A stretch of 64,000 nucleotides of DNA from the NCBI GenBank assembly GCA_004431415.1, contig QPMI01000174.1, forward strand, positions 115,209 to 179,208. Direction: 5' to 3'. The stretch comes from Cyanophora paradoxa CCMP329 (Eukaryota > Plantae > Glaucophyta). Both the position numbers and the translations under genes were made by a program. Position 1 is the first letter of the stretch. The number at the start of each line of letters is the position of its first letter. The notes beneath the pieces are model-generated. The model was not told where the DNA came from. It saw nothing but the letters and a program-made list of their open reading frames with translations, and made no database searches. Shown here piece after piece: positions 58,336 to 64,000 of the stretch.

Positions 58336-61300
58336 ATGACTTCGAACACGATGGATGACGAGGCGATTCGGCGTGCGCTCCGCGCGCTGGGCGTGCAGAA
58401 GCCCGCTGCGAAGCTGGTGGAGGCGCTGCGGTCCCCGAAGGCCGAGATTTGGGACCGCATTCGGCTTTTCGATAAGGCGGTTGAGGTGAATGCGCGCCTC
58501 GCTGCGCTGCGGCTTTCTCTCATCTCGGCTCGGTGCATGCGCAGGATCTCTGCGGGCTCTACGTATACGGCGCGTTCCCCGAGGCCGATCAGGGCGCCCT
58601 TACTGACCGGTTCGTGCCGCGCCCGTGTGCTAGCGCGCTGCAGCTGACGCGGCCGCGGCCGCCACACGTGCACATGTACATGTACAGAGTCCATGGACTT
58701 GTAGCGACGAGCGTCGTCGCGCAAGTGGAGCGCCAGGCCGGCCTGAAGGAGAAGTTCGGCCCCGACCTCGCATTGCGCGACGTCATCGCAGCGATCGTGC
58801 GCATTTCCGGCCGCGCCGCCCGAGCGCCGCATGCAGAGCGCTGATCATGAGCGACGCCCTCCAGTTTACACTGCACGCCCCCACGACCGCATCAGATGTG
58901 CTGCATAAGCTGCTCCTCGAGCCGCACGCGAGCAGCGCCGGCAGAAACCCGGTGCGCATGCGGAACCCTGGCCTCGCGCGCACCATCGAGCATCGGGCCG
59001 CGCTCACGCGTCGGGCGATCCGCAGCACGCGCTGGCGCACGAGGTGTGCGGCCCCCTCTCCGTGCACATGGAAGCCACGCCCTGCGGCACCCGCCGGGCC
59101 CAAGTCAAGACTGGTGCGTGCGGTCGAGGCGCGCCGCGCCGCGCCCGCACGCGTACGAGGGACGGCGGTTGATGCCTCGCAGCGCGAGGCGGGTCGTTCA
59201 CGCGGGAGGGGCCGGACAAGCAGTCGGCGACCCACCGGGCATGCCTAGCCGCCTTGGTATGCGTCCACCTAGGCCTTGAGCTTGAGCTCGCGCCTTCAAC
59301 TGATCTTCGCGGCAGCTGCACGAGTTCCGCACGGTCGACGAGAAGAAGCACCGGCTGCGCCTGGAGGCCCGCGGCGACGGCGGCGTCGCCTGCCTGCGCC
59401 GCCGCGCCCCCGAGGGCGCCGAGAAGGAGGAGGAGGAGGAGCTTTTTGCGGTGGAGCCGGAGGCGGGAGATCTAGATGCGGACCCGGCCGGGGGCGCGGC
59501 GGCCCCCCAGGAGCGCGCGAGCGCCGAGGAGCGGGCCGCCCTCCACTACTACCGCCACCGGCGGGCGCTTCTCGCGCCCGCGGGGGCCCCCGCCGGTGCG
59601 GCCGCGAGACGAGCTGCCGTGACGCCGGCCGGCCTCTAAATGAAGGCCTCCGCAGTCCCGGACCTGGACAAGAAGCTTGTGGAGAGGGCCAAGGAGGTGC
59701 TGCGGGGCAGGGTGCAGGAGCCCGAGGCGCCGCAGCCCGGCGGGGCCGGCGCCCCGGGCTTCGTCCTCCTCTCCGACCTCGCCGCCTACATCGCCCGCAA
59801 GCTGCGCGCCGCCAACCAGGCCCCCGCCGCCGCCCAGTGCGCACGCGCGCCGCCGCGTACCCCGCGCTCCGCCCCGCCCGATGCGTCGGCCGGCGTGCGC
59901 AGGGTGACGGCGGAGCGCCTGGAGGAGGCGCTGCGGACGCGGCCGGAGGCGGCGGGGCGGTTCACGGTGGAGGGCGAGGGCGAGGCGCGGCGCGTGCGCG
60001 CCGACTTCCACTTCGAACGGGACCTCGGCGTCGTGCACCCGACGCTCGCCCCCGAGGCCCGCCCTCCCGCCCTCCCTCCTGCCTCCCCTTCGCTGCGAGA
60101 GCTTGAGTCGTCGCCTGCGCAGAGTGCGCCGGAGGAGCCGGCGGCGACGCTCGTGGCCCGCGCCGACTTCGTGAAGAGCCTGCGGAAGCAGAAGGGGCTC
60201 CTCACCTGCTACGGCCGCCTGAAGAGCATCCCCTTCTTCCCCGCCGCCTTCTTCGAGGCGAGGGACGCCCGCCCGCGGCCGGCCGACGGCGGCGTCCTCC
60301 TGAGCGCGGCCGGGCGCAGGCGAAGGAGATGCACCGGAGCATCGGCAAGCCCCGCGCCGCCCGCGCCGCCGTCGCCGTCTTCGTCGACCTCCGCGCCGCC
60401 GCCAGCGCGGGGTACCCCTTCCTTGTCACCCCGGAAGGTCCCTCCCCTTCTCTCCCCGCCTCGAGCTCGCCGCGGGCGCGCCTCACCGGCGGCGGCGGCG
60501 GGGGCGGCAGGCGTGGTGCTGACGGCGAACGGGCTGCCCATCCCCGAGCGGCACGTCACCCTCGTCCAGGAGACCGCCGCCGGGCCCCCGAAGCCCTTCA
60601 GGCGCTCCGACTTCGTCGCTGCGTCGCAGGTGCAGCCGCCCCGTCGCCCCCACGCTGTTCGCCCGTGACGGCGGCGGGCAGGCCCCCGCGGGAGGCGAGC
60701 AGGCGCCTGAGGCCTCGAGCGGAGAGCCGGAGGCGGTCGCTCCAGCGATGCCGGAGCCGGTCCCTGCACCTAAGGCGCCGGCCGCGGCGCCGGCCGCGGC
60801 GCCGGCCGCCTCCGTGGCTCCCGCCGCGGCGCCGCCCTCGCCGCCGCCCCCTTCGAAGCCCAAGGGCGTGGCCGGGGCCATCTTGGAGTACTACAGGTCG
60901 CGCCGGGCCGGGCCCGCCGGCCTCGAACTGCCGCCCTCCGCCGCCGCCGGCGACGACGACGCGCGCCTCGCCGCCGCCTGCTGCGATGCCCTCGGCCTCC
61001 TCCTCGAGACGGTGCCGCCGCTCGCGCTCGACCCGATCGCGACCCGACCCGTCCTGACGCGTACGCCGGCTCCGCTGCAGCCGGAGGGCGGCGGCGGGCC
61101 GATGCGGGTGTCGCGGCCGTCCCTCACAGACGAGCGCCTCGAGGCGGTGGCCGTCGCCTGCGGCGTGGCGCCCTTTGCCCGCCCGGCGCTCCTGCGGCGC
61201 GCCCTCACGCACTCGACCTACGCCCAAGTCTGCCCCGAGGACGAGGCGCGCGCACGCGCCGCTCTCTTCTTCTTTCTTCCCTCGCCCGCCCGCGCGCCTT

Positions 61301-64000
61301 ACTCGGTCGAGACGCGCGCAGGCGGCGGAGAGCTGCAGCTACGAGCGGCTCGAGTTCCTGGGGGACAAGGTCCTCTCCCTCGCCCTCGCCCACGCCGCCT
61401 TCCACGCCACCGCCGGCCGCCCCGGCGCCCACGCCGCCTGGCGCACCGCCCGCGGCCGCATCCAGAGCAACGCCTCCCTCGGTGGAATCGCGGGGCCGGG
61501 GCCGGGCGGCCTGGGCCTGACGCGGCACGTGCGGGCCTGGTCGGGCTTCGACTCGGAGGCGGCGGCGCGGGGGCGGGAGGCGCTGCAGCGGGCGGCGGGC
61601 GGGCGGTGGCAGCCGCCGCAGCCGCTGGCGGAGAGTAAGGTGCCGGGCGACCTGCTCGAGGCCTTCATCGGGGCCATCTACGTCGACAAGGCCCGCCCCA
61701 CCACGCCCCGCCCCGCAAAGCGTCCCCCTCGAGCTCACGATGGGGGCAGGGGCTGGAGGCGGTGGAGCGGTTCGTGCGGGGGGCGGTGCTGCGGCCCGAG
61801 GTGCTCCGGGAGGCCGGCCTCGAGCTCGAGGAGGGCCCCCTCGGTGCGTCGGACACGCGGAGTCGTACCGCAGCTTTGCCGCCCTCCGACTGACCGCCCC
61901 CGCCAGAGCGCGTGGTGCCTCTCAACGCCGGCCACTTCTTCGCCGACGCCGACGAGACCGGTGCGCGCCCCTGGCTTGCGCTCCACTCTGAACTGCAGGG
62001 TTGCAAAGCTCGCCCTTGATGCCGGATGATGCAGGAGAGCTGGCCCGCGCGGCGCCCCGCGCGGGGCGCCCCGCCGGCGAGGGCGGCTCGAGCGCCGGGG
62101 GGTCGGAGGCGGGGGTTGGGGCCGGCGCGGACCCCGTCCTGGGCGGCTTCGAGCGCGTCCGCGGCAACGACAAGCACTCCCGCGGGACGCAGTGCGTGCC
62201 GCCCGCCCGCGAAGCCAGCGCCGGCTCCAAGCCTGAGCCAAGAAGCCGCCTCGAGGAGCTTCGGCCTAACCACAGTCCCGCGCGCGCGCCGCAGCTTCCG
62301 CCTGGCGGACCAGGCCACCTCGTACCGGTGCCCCCCTTCCCTCCCGCCCTCCCTCTCTCTTCTTCGAATTCGGGCTCGAGCCTGGGGCGGGGCGGGGCGG
62401 GGCCAGGTCGGTGGGGGACATGGCCCTCCTCCACGAGCTCATCCTCCGCGCCCACCGCGCCGTCCGCCCGCCGCCTCCCGCCCCCGGCCCTCATCCCCGC
62501 CTCGAGCCGCTCGCCGCTTGCTGCGCAGGGGGAGGTGCACTACACGAACGAGATCCTCACGGGCGTCACGCGCTTCGCCCTCGACCTCGACGGCCTCGAC
62601 TTCTTCCAGGCGCCCCCGCCCCTTCAACTTTACTGATCCCTGTCTGGACCTCTATCTGGACCCTGCTTAGAAGCTGCCTGTATCTAAATTCGAACGTCTT
62701 CCCCAAATTTAAGCTTCCCAAACGCCACCCTCTTCTCATCTCCTTCTCGCGCAGGAGGTGGGGCGGGATGCCTCCGGGGGCGTGGCGAGGGTGGCGGGGC
62801 TGGTGCAGGGGGCGCTGCGGGCGCTGCTCCCCGAGGACACCGACGTCGCCTGCGTCCTCCTCGACGCCTCCAACCCCACCAAGGTCCGCGCTATCTGGGT
62901 CTATCGCCAGTGTGTAATTGGCGCTCTTTCTTAGGCTCGAGGGCCCCTTTCTTCCTGGGGCCGGCCCCGCTAGCTCCGCACCCCTGTCCCTCCTGATCGC
63001 GATCGACGGCGGCGCAGCGCTCGCAGCACGTGCACTGGCCGGGGGTGCACCTGCGGCTGGAGGACTGCCGCCGCCTCCTCGACTGGCTCGCCTGCCGCCT
63101 CGCCGCCGACTGCACCGCCCTCGAGCTGGCAGCGCCGGCGCCGGCGCCGGCGCTTGCGCCCGAGCTCGAGGCGAGGGCCGAGCCGGGAGCTGCGGCGGAG
63201 GCGGGGAGCGGGGGGCGTCTCGGCCGCAAGCCGGACGGCCGGGCGCCCCTCGAGATGCCTTCGCACGTGCCCGAGTTCCCGCCCGCCGCCCCGGGTGCGC
63301 ACGCTCCGTTCCCGCCCTCCTCTCGCCGCACGCGCCGCCCGGCGAGCCCCGCGGCAGAGAGCTCGAGCACACGAGAGCGGCCGGAGCCCGACCCGGGCCG
63401 CGAAGGCTGCCGCGGGGGCGCCTGGCCCATCTCTGCGGATCCGGAGATCGGGGGGACAGCGCCGGCGCCGGAGCCCGGCGCGGCGGCGGGGAGCGACGAG
63501 AGCGAGGAGGAGGAGGCGGCGGGGGCGGCTGCGGTCGTCGGGGACGCTTCGGCGGCGCAGGCGGCGGCGGAGGAGAAGGCGGGGAGGGAGGGGGAGGTGC
63601 GGGAGGCGGCGTACTGGCGCAAGCGACTGGACCCCGACGTCTACCTCAGCAGGAAGCTCCGCGTCTACCTCTCCGACAAGTTCGACGACAAGACCAAGTG
63701 CGCTCTTCCCGTCCCAGTGTATACTCAATTATAATAACCGCCTGTCGTTGCTTCCGTCCATCTCACTGCGTGGGGGCGCGTCCCCGCAGGCGGCCGGCGG
63801 GGCGGACGCTGGTACAGCACGCGGGCGGGCCGCTGGTCGACGAGACGGGACGGCCCGTCACGAGCGGCCCCGGCGGGGCCCCGGCCTTCCTGACCCACCG
63901 CGAGGTACGCAAGCGCGCCGCAGGGCGCTGCGGGCCGCGCCTGAGGGCGGCTGCAGGTCCTGCGCCTCACCTGCCTGCGGGACCCGGGCGGCTGGGCGCC
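58336..64000 (+). CDS. Multidomain protein: degenerate RNase III - dsRBD - degenerate Tpt1/KptA - intact RNase III - NCLDV-type AEP primase; 3' end beyond window
   Basis: RRALTHS..YERLEFLGD..GDLLEAFIGAIYVD (61190-61690); AEP motifs RFALDLD, SQHVHWP, LDPDVY..LRVYLSDK; Tpt1-like VFVDLRAAASAGYPFLVTPEGVVLT; exons can be joined in frame through GT/GC-AG introns. Confidence 0.78.

Noticed and set aside
5163-64000. Functional link between the endogenous virus and the Dicer-like locus
   Set aside because: They are 40 kb apart with unrelated housekeeping genes between; nothing in the sequence links them

Overview
Eukaryotic (protist/algal) genomic DNA: very GC-rich, with many short introns that often use GC donors. 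Left to right: (1) the 3' part of a non-LTR retrotransposon (RT-RNase H-zinc finger, 1-~5162). (2) It abuts an AT-rich endogenous small dsDNA virus (Polinton-like/NCLDV-dwarf type; A32 ATPase, double jelly-roll MCP, two pentons, repeat-rich end with a perfect 29-bp hairpin) whose right end lies in an exon of a host SLC5 symporter gene. (3) Host genes: DUF3598, PEX4, a SAM methyltransferase, an anticodon-binding/RRM/TGS1-like fusion, F-box/LRR, PP2C, BAR-SH3-SH3 and several unknowns. (4) A ~1.58-kb x 3.75 tandem array that is a non-coding host gene with six intronic box C/D snoRNAs per unit, including snR38/SNORD1, U15 and SNORD60/snR48 homologues and a probable U2 guide. (5) The most striking locus is a head-to-head pair resembling a split, augmented Dicer: a Dicer/RIG-I-type helicase with three dsRBD-like domains (minus strand), and a divergent gene encoding degenerate RNase III, dsRBD, degenerate Tpt1/KptA, intact RNase III and an NCLDV-type archaeo-eukaryotic primase (plus strand, running to the window edge). 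Exon structures and domain calls were made by eye from motifs; no database searches were run.
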